64,000 bases of DNA from Octopus vulgaris (lineage: Eukaryota): contig OX597830.1 of assembly GCA_951406725.2 (NCBI GenBank), positions 64,542,001 through 64,606,000 of the forward strand. The letters run 5' to 3'. Shown piece after piece: positions 1 to 14,264 of this stretch. The notes below the pieces were generated by a model. It made no database searches and had not been told where the DNA came from. It saw nothing but the letters and a program-made list of their open reading frames with translations. The first letter of the stretch is position 1. Every line of letters begins with the position of its first letter. The position numbers and the translations under genes are program-made.

Positions 1-1122
1 CTCAGAGATGGCTGGAAACACTGTACAGTACTACTTATATTTCTATGGCTTTTAAACTGCATGCTCTAGCCTAAATACCAGGAGTCACTCCGTATATCTC
101 TGTATATCTGTATGGTTTCGTGTTCGTTCACTCAGATGGATATATACACGCGTCTATATTGGCAGACATCCCGTGCACACATGAATACGTACATACATTC
201 TTACACACATATGGAAAGCAAGTAATTTGCCATTATAGAATAGGGATATTTCTGTCATTAATCAGTTCGTTAGCAGCAATAGTAATAAATATCTCATGCA
301 TTTATTCAGTTCGATTTCGTGAATTTTATTCTTTGATGGTTAAATTGTTGCCCCAATAATAAATTCGCTTATACCAAGAATTATACTTCAAACAATGATT
401 CTGTTATCAAGACAAGTAGGCATGCACAACACTGCTTTCTTTCAAGAACTCCAAACAAATATTAAGAATGCTGCTAATTCTTTTGATCTAGCGATTAGCG
501 GTTTGGACACTACGGAAATTTGTTCAATGATTACAGAGTGGCATATGACGCGACGACGGGTTCGTTACTATGCGCAATATGAATTACAAAGAGTTAGGAA
601 ATTTCGTTGCAGGCTCAGCATTAAATATTACGTTGAATACACACTTACACATATTAAATATCATAGCTATCATTGTAAATTTAGAAATGATTAAGAAAAA
701 AAACAAATTATGAAGCCAGAAGAAACTTCTCAGTAGACAATATTTACTTCAAACCACTCGTTTTTCATAATAAATAATTTAGTGAAACTCTTAGTGTACA
801 ATTATTCGGTATTTCATCTGACATATGTAGCTTCAACAAAGCAGATCCTTATTATAATTAAGCGTTTAAATAGGTTTTTATGACAAGGTTAATAAATTAA
901 ATAATATTATAACTACTTCACAAACACGGAAATATGGAAACCATAAAAGTATTTAGTGCCCCGTGAAGTTTTAATGTGAGCACATACAACGCTAAAAAGT
1001 ATAGGGTAAATATTTTCCGAAAATAAAGATATAAGTTTTTAATAGAACAAAAAAAAACATTAAATTGAATTTCAGTTACATATAATTCTGACACAGAGAG
1101 TGCAAGCATTAACAGTAAAAAT

Positions 1123-1531
1123 CAGGAGTGGCAGTGTGGTAAGTAGCTTGCTAACCAACCACATGGTTCCGGGTTCAGTCCCACTGCGTGGCATCTTGGG
1201 CAAGTGTCTTCTGCTATAGCCTCGGGCCGACCAAAGCCTTGTGAGTGGATTCGGTAGACGGAAACTGAAAGAAGCCTGTCGTATATATGTATATATATAT
1301 AAGTCTGTGTGTATATATGTTTGTGTGTCTGTGTTTGTCCACCTAGCATTGCTTGACAACCGATGCTGGTGTGTTTACGTCCCCGCCACTTAGCGGTTCG
1401 GCAAAAGAGACCGATAGAATAAGTACTGGGCTTACAAAAGAATAAGTCCCAGGGTCGATTTGCTCGACTAAAAGGCGGTGCTCCAGCATGGCCGCAGTCA
1501 AATGACTGAAACAAGTAAAAGAGTAAAAGAG
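1123..1531 (+). mobile_element. tRNA-derived SINE, family A, full length (tRNA-like head, internal TA/TG microsatellite, CR1-like 3' tail)
   Basis: A-box-like ggagtggcagtgtggtaag, B-box-like ggttcagtccc, tail ggcggtgctccagcatggccgcagtcaaatgactgaaac(aagtaaaagag). Near-identical copies at 38211-38606(-), 61060-61462(-) and 63209-63612(+). Confidence 0.9.
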
Positions 1532-1896
1532 CTCTCTACATCTCATTCTTCGCATTCTTGCAATTGTTTTAACAGAGCAAGCATAAATAATAAAAGCATT
1601 AAATAATCGAGGCGTTTGAAATCAATAGTTTATTGCCGGAAGTATTTACAACCAGCAATTAAGTTTGTAAGGTTTATGTCAGGTTGAGAGGAAATCATTT
1701 TAAGTTACGATGTAAACAGCTTCAATCCTGAAAGGTTTAATAGAAATTTATGGAAATACATCTGGACATTAAAACAATAGATTAGAAATAACAAAATTCG
1801 TTGGCAAGTTCTTAGAGTATACTAAACTTTATATGCAAGGAAACGATGGTTGACATGTTTCCAAGTCAGAACAGAAGAATGCATTGGAATTCTATC

Positions 1897-2094
1897 TTAA
1901 CGCTTATGTTACGAGATTTGTACTGAAATGCACTAACTTTGTCTCAATCTTTGAGAAAAACGAAGAATTTGGTAAAATAATTTTGTCATTAAGCTTGTAC
2001 TTCGAACATAACGCAAAATTTTGATGGGAGATTTTAAGTTAGATAACGTTAAAAATCAGGGAATTGTCGAGTGGATTACTATCTGAAGGATTAA
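1897..2094 (+). mobile_element. degenerate TTAA-bounded non-autonomous DNA transposon (piggyBac-like MITE)
   Basis: Bounded by TTAA at both ends. Internal gaagaatttggtaaaataattttgtcatt...aaaattttgatgggag matches reverse-strand copies at about 27495-27800. Confidence 0.5.
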
Positions 2095-2462
2095 ATACCG
2101 CCTCTGAGCTAATTCATTTTGTTAAAATAAAGTAAAATTTTTTAGATGAAATATTTTAAAATGCCAAACGGCTGCTGAGAGCTTTCTACCAAATTGTTAA
2201 ATGCTGCAAACGAATGAAAAGGTTAATTTTTTTTCATAACAGGCTCCTCACATTTACCGTTTTTTGACGGGGGCAGGAGGGAAGGCAATGAAATTTTTCC
2301 TGAAATAGCTCAAAATACGTAACAGACAGAAGTTGAATAATTACATATACTGATATATACTCAATACAAGACTTCATTTTGTTACCGTATGCCACAATTT
2401 ATATTCATTTAATAAGCATGCATGTAAATGAATGTGTACGTATATGTAAATATATGTATGAA

Positions 2463-2516
<54 letters not shown>

Positions 2517-2584
2517 AGACGTATATGGGAGCTCGGAACATAGTACAATATATGGAGGGTATAAGTACATTTCAAACGACCATG

Positions 2585-2630
<46 letters not shown>

Positions 2631-2644
2631 TATATATTAGCATG

Positions 2645-2686
<42 letters not shown>

Positions 2687-3077
2687 ATATATATACTTAT
2701 ATATATATACACATTCACACATATACACATCCGTAATTGAAATTAGATATCTACCTCGCGACTCGAGTTTCATGCAAGAGGATCGAGGTGGCGTGAGACC
2801 CAAGTGTGCAATAAACACGGTTGTTCCATTTGTTCCACATAATTCGTCGTCCGGTGACGCTTGACACGCCTCTGCAGAAACGAGTCATCCGTAGGAATCG
2901 CTTAAATATCACAAGTGTCTGACAACTCGAGACGTAATGATGCAATGGATGGATTATATATTAAGAATTACATTTTTAACAACCATATTGAATGATATAT
3001 ATGTACATGCGCGTGTATAAGTTTGTGTGTGTATATACATACGTACATATACGTATGTGTGTGTATATACATATGTA

Positions 3078-3118
<41 letters not shown>

Positions 3119-3269
3119 GTATATATATATATAATACGTATGTGTATGTATATGTATAATACGTATGTGTATGTATATGTATGAATATGTATATGAAGAT
3201 GTGTGTATGTATGTATGTATATATATATATACATGGCGGCCGAATCGAACTGTTTAAATAATAAAATGA

Positions 3270-3513
<244 letters not shown>

Positions 3514-3641
3514 CCTTTCTAATATAGGAACGAGGTCAGATAACCAATTCCAAACTCCAACAGGATGAAACGTGAAGACGGACGAAATACCGCCAGGCAT
3601 TTTGCCCAGCGTGTGCTAGCTACTCTGTCCGCTCGCCGCCA
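3514..3641 (-). mobile_element. SINE family C, internally deleted copy
   Basis: Reverse complement starts ggcggcgagcggacag and ends agaaagg(att)n. Confidence 0.7.
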
Positions 3642-3900
3642 TATTAATATTTATATATATATATATATATATGCATAATATTTTTGCTTCTACCTGCCAC
3701 CTTGCATGTTTTAACTCCCACTACATACCATTCCCGTCACTTTCTGACGATCGACACCTCACATTCGCAGTACCGTCGCATTCCTTCACTCTGCAGTACA
3801 ACAGATATCGTACGGCATACTATCAGTCATTAACAAGGTGACATTGCTATACTTAGAACACACACGTGCGCAGCACATATACAGCTGTGCGTGTGCCTGT

Positions 3901-3970
<70 letters not shown>

Positions 3971-4138
3971 TTGTTATTCATTCATTCACCACTCGAAGCT
4001 GCTATAATTCTTCCGTTTCTATCTTGTTACAGTCTTGTTGGCGACTTACATATATACAGGTGTGCGCATGTATAATGTCAGTGCATACATTTGTATACAT
4101 ACATGCATGTATGTATGTATATATATATACATATATAT

Positions 4139-4182
<44 letters not shown>

Positions 4183-4299
4183 ATATATATACATATATAT
4201 ACACACAGACACACACATATATATGTATGGAAAAAGGAGTGCAAGATGCGTACATATATATAAACATATATATATATAGTGTGTGTGTGTGTGTGTGCG

Positions 4300-4667
4300 A
4301 GTCTTTGCGTCTGCGTTTGTCTCCCCACCTCATCGATTAGCAACCGGTGTTGGTGTATTTACGTCCCAATAACTTATCGGCTCGCCAAAAGAGACCGATA
4401 GTTGAAATACTAGGCTCAAAAAATTAAGTCCGTTGCATACATGTATATATATATGTATGTCTGTGTATATGCTTGTCTTAACCCCCACCCCAACATCGCT
4501 TGACAACCGTTACTGGTGTGTTTACATCCCCGTAACTTAGCGGTTCGGCTAAAGAGAGAGATAGAATAAGTACTAGGCTTACAAATAATAAGTCCTGGGG
4601 TCGATTTGCTCGACTAAAGGCAGTGCTCCAGTATGGCCCCAGTCAAATGACTGAAACAAGTAAAAGA

Positions 4668-4670
<3 letters not shown>
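4300..4670 (+). mobile_element. two tandem 3' halves of SINE family A
   Basis: aaccggtgttggtgtatttacgtccc...aaaagagaccgatag occurs twice; the second copy has the complete tail. Confidence 0.8.
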
Positions 4671-4726
<56 letters not shown>

Positions 4727-4785
4727 CACACACATATATACATACATATATATATATATATATACATATATATACATACACTTGC

Positions 4786-4847
<62 letters not shown>

Positions 4848-5263
4848 CACACGCCCACTGACGTATCTGTGGAGGCCTTCCCTCAGCGAACCAGTCACTA
4901 AGTTGTGTATGACACATATTTTAGCAGAAGGAAATTAATAGAAAATTTTTCTTTTCTTTTCACTTTACAACGTTTGTGTTTTGTACCGTAGTCATATGTA
5001 CATATGTATCCCCCGCATCACACACCTACATATGCTACCCCCACGCAGCATTCACACTCATACACACCTACATACAGATACCCGAATACCCGAATACATA
5101 CACTTGTAAGTTGCACCCTAATAATATTTACGTTATTGTTTTGCAGAGTTATAGTACAAGCGCACATAAGAAAAGATTATAAGCGGGAGCTTGTGTGCTT
5201 GTGTGTACTTATGATCTTGTACGTGTGTGTTCGCGGACGTAAGTATGTATGTATGAAAGTACA

Positions 5264-5264
<1 letters not shown>

Positions 5265-5351
<87 letters not shown>

Positions 5352-5440
5352 CATCCATCCATCCATCCATCCATCCATCCATCCATCCATCCATCCATGT
5401 ATGTATGTGTGTATGTATGTATGTATGTATGTATGTATGT

Positions 5441-5480
<40 letters not shown>

Positions 5481-5515
5481 ATGTATGCATGCATGCATGC
5501 ATGTATGTATGTATA
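5265..5515. repeat. (TATC)n-(CATC)n-(TATG)n compound microsatellite
   Basis: Directly visible. Confidence 0.95.
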
Positions 5516-5860
5516 TCTTTTATACACACACATAGAGCTCTCACTCACGGTTGTTTACTCATAGGCTAATGTAAACAATTAGAGAATGGGAGAGAGAGAT
5601 AGAAAAAAAAGAAAACTAGAAATAAGTGGGAGTGTGAGGAAGGAGGAGGAGGAGGAGAGAGAGAGAAAGAAAGAGAGAGAGAATGAAGATGAGAAAGTTG
5701 AGTTACAAATTATGTTCTCTTCGTTCACTTTCACACACTCACATTCACGTATGCATAGAATACACCTAATTATATATATAAATTCGTAAGTATATACATA
5801 TTTATGTATACATTTATATATGCATACACACACACATGTATATACATGTATACACACACG

Positions 5861-5910
<50 letters not shown>

Positions 5911-5943
5911 AATATATATACACACACACACACATACATATGT

Positions 5944-6190
5944 GGAAGCGCGTGGCTTAGTGGTTAGGGTGTTGAACTCATGATCGTAAGGTTGTGGTTT
6001 CGATTCCTGGACCGGGCGATGCGTTGTGTTCTTGAGCAAAACACTTCATTTTCACATTACTCCAGTCCACTCAGCTGGCAAAGATGAGTAATCCTGCGAC
6101 GGACCGGTGTCCCATCCAAGTGGGGAATTTCTACGCCACGGAAACCGGGAAACCGGCCCTTATGAGCCTGGCATGGATCGAGAAGGAACA
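5944..6190 (+). mobile_element. tRNA-derived SINE, family D (CORE-like central domain)
   Basis: A box tggcttagtgg, B box gtttcgattcc, then tgttcttgagcaaaacacttcatttt...ccagtccactcagctg. Relatives at 33481-33823(-) and about 21100-21240(-). Confidence 0.75.
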
Positions 6191-6246
6191 TTTATATATA
6201 TATATACATATGTATATGTATGCGCATGTATATGTATACATACAAT

Positions 6247-6308
6247 GGCGGTGCCCCAGCATGGCCACAGCTCATAAGCTGAAACTAGAATCAATCAATC
6301 ATCAATCA
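6247..6308 (+). mobile_element. isolated CR1-type LINE 3' tail with (AATC)n
   Basis: ggcggtgccccagcatggccacagctcataagctgaaac; a similar stub lies at 43638-43697. Confidence 0.6.
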
Positions 6309-7012
6309 TACATATGTATGTATAAATGTGTGTGTGCGTATGTATAGACACACACACACACTTACCCCCACCCCTATGTATAAGCTAAACAACACTCACT
6401 TCAAGCGCGCGCACATATATCCATCCCTCATTAGCTTCCTTGTGAAATAAACGTGTAGATAGCTGTGTGTTTATTCCACTGAATGCTCAGCTATCCACAC
6501 GTTACGATGTGTCAGTCAGAACACGGAATCGGTATGACGCACCGTGAGACGAGCTGTCTACCTCGGATGACGAATGCACTCCAGGCAGAAACGGAATATG
6601 CATATGTACCTTTCATCTTTCATGCATTGCACGGCGGCCATGCTGGGGCACCACCTTCAAGTGGTTCAGTAATACAAAGCGATACCAGTACTTCATGGTT
6701 TTGCTGTTGTTGTTGTTGACAAGCTTAGTACTTATCGGTCAGCTACGTTTTGTTGAACCGCTACGTTACGGGGCTTCAAACCAAAACCGGCTGCCAAGCA
6801 GCGAGGGTGGAGAGTACACACACACACACACACGCACGTACGCACACACACACACACACACACACGGCTAATCCTTCGGTATTAGTAAACGACCCCATTC
6901 GTCTACACAATATTTCCTCATTACATAGGTAGAGGCTTGGCTGATAAAGCATGATGTCGTCTATTTATACCGAAAGATTAATCATAATATAATATTATGT
7001 GTGTGCATATAC

Positions 7013-7068
<56 letters not shown>

Positions 7069-7395
7069 GTATACACTTCGTTTTTGTACCTAGTTTGCAA
7101 AATTCTTTATATGAATTCATGTGTCTAAGCAAATTTTGTTGCATCTGGGGAGGGTCATATTGTCTTAATGCCTTATTATCTAACACACTCACCGGTTCGA
7201 TTTCCACTCATTTATCATTTATACTTTTTCTTCCAAAATTTTCGTTGCTTTTGCAGCGTTGATAGGTTACATGTACCGTGCTATCGCCAATTGTTTCAGG
7301 TGCCTGTTTAGTCGTGAGAAGACATCAATATCCTCTCAGCCCTCCCTCACTTGATCGGACTGAACATAATTGACTGTGGCAGATGGAGAGTGAAG

Positions 7396-7446
<51 letters not shown>

Positions 7447-7625
7447 TGAGAGGGAGTGGTGGAACTGTACCAGCAACCGGGTGGTGCTTATATTTAGCTG
7501 AGTAGTCTGGAGTAACATGAGATGAAGTTCTTCTCCCAAGGACGCAGTGCACTGACTGGTCCAGGAACTGAACAGATGACCATATAATTGTAATATTAAC
7601 ACCACAATCACTTGGCCACGCGCCT

Positions 7626-7667
<42 letters not shown>

Positions 7668-7699
7668 CATACATAGCTATGTATGTTTGTACACATAGA

Positions 7700-7901
7700 C
7701 CTCTGCCTATATGACCTCCCACCATCGCTTGACAACTGATGTGGGTGTGTTTACATCCCTTATAACTTGGCGGATCGGCAAAGGAGATCGATAGAAAAAG
7801 TACTAGAAAGAATAAGTCCTGGAGGTCATTTGTTCGACTAAAGGCTGTGCTCCAGCATGGCCGCAGTCAAAATGACAGAAACAAGTAAAAGAATAAAAGA
7901 A
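7700..7901 (+). mobile_element. SINE family A 3' half
   Basis: catcgcttgacaactgatgtgggtgtgtttac...gtgctccagcatggccgcagtcaaaatgacagaaacaagtaaaaga. Confidence 0.8.
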
Positions 7902-8420
7902 TTAATATATATATATATATATATATACATACATACACACACAGACACATACTCCTCTATGTGTATATAAATGTAAGCAAAGAGCACGGAAGGGAGTATC
8001 AACTAATCGATCGTCGGACGATTATCATCCAAAATGAACAATAAAAAGATTGGCTTAACATTTTATGAAGTTTCACTTTTCCAAAACGTATGTGTGCATA
8101 TCTATGTGATTGTGTGTGTGTGTGTGTGTATGTGTGTGTGTGTGTGTGCGTGTGCGTGCGTGTGTGTGCGTGTGTATGTGTGTGTGTGTGTGTGTGTACG
8201 TACATCTGTACTTACATACACAAAAAAAAAGATAGACAGATATACACATCTGTTCCTTCCTTCGACTTCGTTTCCTGAAAAGTTTTTGTAAAATGGATCT
8301 GTTGTAATGACAATATTTTAGAAATATGCTTCGATGATGTAGAACAGAATTACGTTGAACAAAAATAATGGAAAGACTTCCTAGAGGACTAATACGCCTT
8401 GTTTCCAAGAATACCGTATA

Positions 8421-8608
8421 TATTTCTTTGCTACCCACAAGGGGCTAAACACAGAGGGGACACAGAAGGACAGACAAACGGATTAAGTCGATTACGTCGA
8501 TCCCAGTGCGTAACTGGTACTTAATTTATCGACCCCGAAAGGATGAAGGGCAAAGTCGACCTCGTTGGAATTTGAACTCAGACAGTAACGGCAGACGAAA
8601 TAGCGGTA
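8421..8608 (-). mobile_element. SINE family C, 5'-truncated
   Basis: Reverse complement of gagttcaaattcc..gaggtcgactttgcc(c)ttcatcctttcggggtcgataaattaagtaccag plus tail 1. Confidence 0.85.
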
Positions 8609-8766
8609 AGCATGGCTGTGAGGTAGGAAGCTTGCTTCCCAACCACATGGTACCAGGTTCCGTCCCACCACTGCGGGTCATTTTGGGCAAGTGTCTTCTA
8701 CTATGGCCGCGGATCGACCAAAACTTGTGAGTGGATTTGGTAGACGGAAACTGAAAGAAGTCTGTC

Positions 8767-8812
<46 letters not shown>

Positions 8813-9272
8813 GATACACACTCACACACACACTAGCGTAACTAGAGTGTGTGCTTCCCGGGGTGGCCCATCCGATTGCTGCCCCCGGACCCTACAAAAA
8901 ACACATTGGCTACAGCAGACCCAAAAGTGCCGCCAGGGACGGACCGCCCCTACACCTCCCCTCCTCCAGCTACGCTAATGCATACATATCTATACCGAAA
9001 GAATGCTTCTATATCTACATGTGTGTGCCTTTGTGTTTGTGTTTGTCCCCACCCCACCCTACCGACGCTATAGTAGCAGTTTTTGGTGTGTTTACGTCCG
9101 CGTAACATAGCGGTTCCACCAAAGAGTCCGATAGAGTAAGTACTAGGCTTTAAAAAAAACAACAAAGAAAGTCATAGAGTCGATTTGTTCGACTCAAAAG
9201 ACCCTTCAATGCGGTGTTCCAGCATGGCCGCAGTCAAATGACCGAAACAAGCAAAAGTATAAAAGATAGAAG
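8609..9272 (+). mobile_element. SINE family A with a nested MITE
   Basis: Head 8609-8768 and 3' half 9030-9272, interrupted inside the internal microsatellite. Confidence 0.8.
8831..8980. mobile_element. 150-bp hAT-like MITE
   Basis: TIRs cactagcgtaactagag versus reverse complement cattagcgtagctggag; imperfect 8-bp flanks cacacaca/catacata. Confidence 0.65.
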
Positions 9273-9561
9273 AGATATCTTCATAACTGGGAGAAAAAAA
9301 AAGTTGGAATTGACAGTTGGCACATAAACACACACACACACACACACACACACGTACTCACGCACACACACACATTTCATTTAATGAATTCCTGAAGAGA
9401 AAATGGTGGCAAGTTCCTCAATAATTATTTTATTTGGAAATGATTAGGATCTACATCGTCAAAACGTATGAGGAAACAAAGTCGAGATGCGTGAGAAATC
9501 GGAAAATCCCCCACCCCCCCACGCCGTGAATTAAAATCTTCACAACAAATTCCGATATTAT

Positions 9562-9990
9562 AGGCGCAGGCGTGGCCTCGTGGTACGAAGCTTGCTAACC
9601 AACCACATGGTTCCGGGTTCAGTCCCACTGCGTGGCACCTTGGCCAAATGTCTTCTAATATTGTCTCGAGCACAACAACGCCTTGTGAGAGGATTTGGTA
9701 GACAGAAACTGAAAGAAGCTATCATATATATACACACACACACACATACACGTATGTATGTATATGTGTAGGCGTGTCTTAGTGTCTATGTTTGTTCCGT
9801 ACTACCACCCGACAACCGGTGTTCGTGTGTTTACGTCTTCGTAAATTAGCGGTTTAGCAAATCATATCGATAAAATAGGTACCAGGCCTAAAAAAAATAT
9901 GTACTGGGGCCTATTCATTCGACAAAAATTCCTCAAGATGTTGTCCCAGCATGGTCGCAGTTTAACGAGTGAAATGACAAAAAGGTACAA
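9562..9990 (+). mobile_element. SINE family A (diverged)
   Basis: ggcgcaggcgtggc...ccaaccacatggttccgggttcagtcccactgcgtggcacc... through to the tail. Confidence 0.85.
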
Positions 9991-10469
9991 GGTAACCGTA
10001 AGCCACACCAATCGAAATGCAGTTGTAGTAAATTTCGTTGGCAAAAATAAATCCATCTTCGGAAAGTTAAGAGGTAACCAAGGCAGCTGGAAGCGGGGCA
10101 CGATTGTGTAGTTATGCCGGTGGATAGAAGGATAGATATATAAAAGATAGAGCTATTTTAGAAATGTACAAATACATAGACACACATATATGTAAATGTC
10201 AATGTGTATATGTAATATATTTATTTAAACATCCGTATATAAACACACAAAGACATCCCGGCGGCAGTACGAGCATGTATGTGTGTATGTGTGTGTATTG
10301 CACACGCAGATGCACGGTCACATACATAAATAAGGGCATACATATGTACGCAAATAACTGACAGGCATATTATGTATGTACATTGTTTTGAATTTGTACT
10401 GCCGGCTCAACGGATGCAATGGCGGGTTTGCCTAAAGATGAAGAAACAGGTAGAGTAAACAGATGAATG

Positions 10470-10541
10470 TAGAGATAGCTATCGTAGACACAAAGGTAGA
10501 TAGAAATATAGATAGATAGATAGATAGTGAGAGATAGAGAT

Positions 10542-10578
<37 letters not shown>

Positions 10579-10667
10579 GGGGGTTAGACAGATAGATATT
10601 TAGATAACCAGCTAGGAAGCTAGATAGATAGATAGCTTGATAGATAAATACATAGACAGATAGATGT

Positions 10668-10736
<69 letters not shown>

Positions 10737-10805
10737 CAGACAGATAGATGGATAGATAGACAGACAGATAGATAGATAGCTAGCTTGATAGATAAATACA
10801 TAGAC

Positions 10806-10852
<47 letters not shown>

Positions 10853-11096
10853 CAGACAGATAGATAGACAGACAGATAGATAGACAGATAGACAGACAGA
10901 CAGATAGATAAATATACAGACAGACAGATAGATAGGCAGACAGACATAAAGAGAAATAGATTGATAGGCAGATGTACAGAGAGAAAACAAGGTAGAAACG
11001 AAGATAAACTGCAAAAGTGATAAATATGCAGAAATATAGATACGCAACAAATAAATACACAGAGAGACAGGTAGATAGAGAGCAAAGACAGATGGG

Positions 11097-11127
<31 letters not shown>

Positions 11128-11220
11128 GAAAATAGATACAGAGGTAGTCTGATAAACAGATACAGAGACAGAGAGAGCGAGAGAGTGAGAGAGAGAGCGA
11201 GAGAGTGAGAGAGAGAGAGA
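10470..11220. repeat. (TAGA/CAGA)n and (GA)n low-complexity block
   Basis: Directly visible; similar blocks at 12500-12740, 13880-14335, 46455-46800, 48500-48660 and 49500-49850. Confidence 0.95.
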
Positions 11221-11263
11221 AAGAAGCAATAACATTATGAGGGAGAGACAGTGATAGCTATCT

Positions 11264-11324
<61 letters not shown>

Positions 11325-11561
11325 GTACGTATATGTGTATATATATTTATGCAGTGGTAGTAGTAGTAGTAAATACAAAAAAATGTAAATAGAAAATAAG
11401 AAATGTTTACTTACTGTCAAGGTACAGCATAAGATATCCACTAGAGGCATTTTATCCATAGTTTGAGAATGTACGAGTGTATATAAATAATTATATATAT
11501 ATATACATATATATATATATGTATGTGTGTGTGTGTGTGCGCGTGTGTGAGATTATGAATG

Positions 11562-11592
<31 letters not shown>

Positions 11593-11805
11593 GTATATGT
11601 ATATATATATGTATATGTATATAGAGAGTTTGCTGTAATAAATATACAGATGTATATATTTATTTATAAGTTATATTTTTACAAGTGTGCGTGAATACGA
11701 ATTTATATGAAGCTGTATATTTAATATAAACAGATATACACAATTTCAGAAATCTATTTATATGTATATATGTATATGTGCATATATATATAGAGTTAGA
11801 ATGAA

Positions 11806-11841
<36 letters not shown>

Positions 11842-12518
11842 CAGGAGGAGCGATAGCACTCAATACACGCGGTGGTTTATAAATGTACACTAATTTTTAT
11901 GCAAGTTCATCTTTATATACATGTATATATGTGTAAGTGGGTGGCGTTTTGAGTCTAACATAAATATATCTATCTATCTATCTATAGATATATTAATATA
12001 TTTGCATGTAAAACGTACGTTCGCGAATTTAACGCTGAGTATATATATATGTTTTGTGATGTATATATATATATATAATATATATATTTATATATATAAA
12101 TGCGAGTGTGTGTGTATATATATATTAAAAGTTGTTCTTAGGATATATCTATGTATTTACATCGGTGTGTAAGACAGAGATTGTGTAGTTGTGATAATTG
12201 AGTGAGAAACTTTCGCAGCTCTCGCATTAGAGTCCTACCACTCTATGACCAGCACAGGTAGGCAACCGGCTTTTTTTACTGCCGACGTCGCCTCCCGCCG
12301 CCTCTCTTACCACCTTACCTCTAACTACCACCCCTCTGCGCTTCGCTCCCACTACATTATTTTTCTACTTTCTTTCCTTTCCGTTTTTCTTTTTGTTTTT
12401 GTTTTTTTTTGATTTTTTTTATCTTTCGTTTTGTTTTCTTTCTGGTTGTATTTGCGTGTGAGTGTATGTGTGTGTGTGAGTGTGTGTGTAAAATGTTTCA
12501 GTGTCTGTCAGTCTGTCT

Positions 12519-12729
<211 letters not shown>

Positions 12730-12801
12730 TCTATCTCTATCTAGAATACCAGTTTTACATATATATTAATAAATATTTTAATATATATATGTATGTCTGT
12801 G

Positions 12802-12888
<87 letters not shown>

Positions 12889-13259
12889 TGAGAGAGAGAG
12901 AGAGAAAGAGAGAAACAGATAGGAACACAGACAGATAGACGGAGAGATAGATAGACAGATAGATTGACAGACAGAGACAGACAGGTTGAGAGAAGGAGAG
13001 GCAAGCAGATAGGTAGACAAATATACAGAGTAAAATAGATAAAAGAAAGATAGGAAGGTAAGTAGGTGAAGAAGGTGAGAGAGAGGGGGGAAGAAAGAAA
13101 GAAAAGAGAGAGAGAGAGTGTGCCTGAAGGGGATGTAAACAAACACAGACACACATAAAAATATTTGCACACACGCATACATACATACATACAGGCGAAC
13201 TCACAACAAAACAGAGCAACAGACACGTGTGTGATCAGACAGATACATACACACGTGGA

Positions 13260-13492
13260 AGGCGGCGAGCTGGCAGAGTTGTTAGCACGCCGGGCGGAAT
13301 GCGTAGCGCTATTTGGTCTGCCGTTACGTTCTGAGTTCAAATTCCGCCGAGGTCGACTTTGCCTTTCATCCTTTCGGGGTCGATTAAATTAAGTACCAGT
13401 TGCACACTGGGGTCGATGTAATCGACTTAATCCCTTTGTCTGTCCTTGTTTGTCCCCTTTGTGTTTAGCCCCTTGTGGGTAGTAAAGAAATA
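13260..13492 (+). mobile_element. SINE family C, full monomer (tRNA-like head, Meta/MESC-like central domain)
   Basis: ggcggcgagctggcagag...gagttcaaattccgcc gaggtcgactttgcctttcatcctttcggggtcgattaaattaagtaccag...ccccttgtgggtagtaaagaaatag. The domain name is from memory of MetaSINE-type cores. Confidence 0.85.
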
Positions 13493-13561
13493 GATACATA
13501 CACACGTGGCCGAGAGACGCATTCATACATGCATGCAGAAATATACACACACACACGCGCA

Positions 13562-13617
<56 letters not shown>

Positions 13618-13881
13618 TGCACAGGCACATACGGACACGATGGGACAACAGATTGACACACGCATACAGTTACACACACAAACATATGCAGATAGACAAA
13701 CTCATTAAGGAAAGGCAGTAGGCGAGCCCAGTCGTACAATTGCACACACATACACACACACACAAACACACAAACACACACACACACATATACACACATA
13801 GACCCACCCACTCATAAACGCATAGAGGCAGATAGAACCACACAACTATATTTACCAACATACGCACATAATTACACTGTC

Positions 13882-13941
<60 letters not shown>

Positions 13942-14024
13942 GTCTGTCTGTCTGTCTGTCTATCTGTCTATCTGTCTGTCTGTCTATCTATCTATCTATC
14001 CATCTATCTGTCTATCTATATATG

Positions 14025-14112
<88 letters not shown>

Positions 14113-14192
14113 TCTACATATCTGTCTGTCTCTCTCTCTCCCTCTCTCTCCCTCTCATCCTGTATCTATCTATCTGTCTGTCTGTCTGTCTA

Positions 14193-14264
<72 letters not shown>

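Noticed and set aside
395-694. 99-aa ORF in unique sequence
   Set aside because: No recognisable domain or splice support.
1072-1555. Recurring ORFs such as MFQSFDCGHAGAPP and MSSNARGTNT
   Set aside because: Antisense translations of SINE family A.
4855-4902. Very degenerate HHR-like strings here and at about 9392, 15095, 18655, 29185-29220 and 40490-40515
   Set aside because: Several core or helix defects each; not distinguishable from chance by eye.
10418-10455. ATG...cag|gtagag mini-exon (MAGLPKDEET)
   Set aside because: Too short and weak; compatible with chance.
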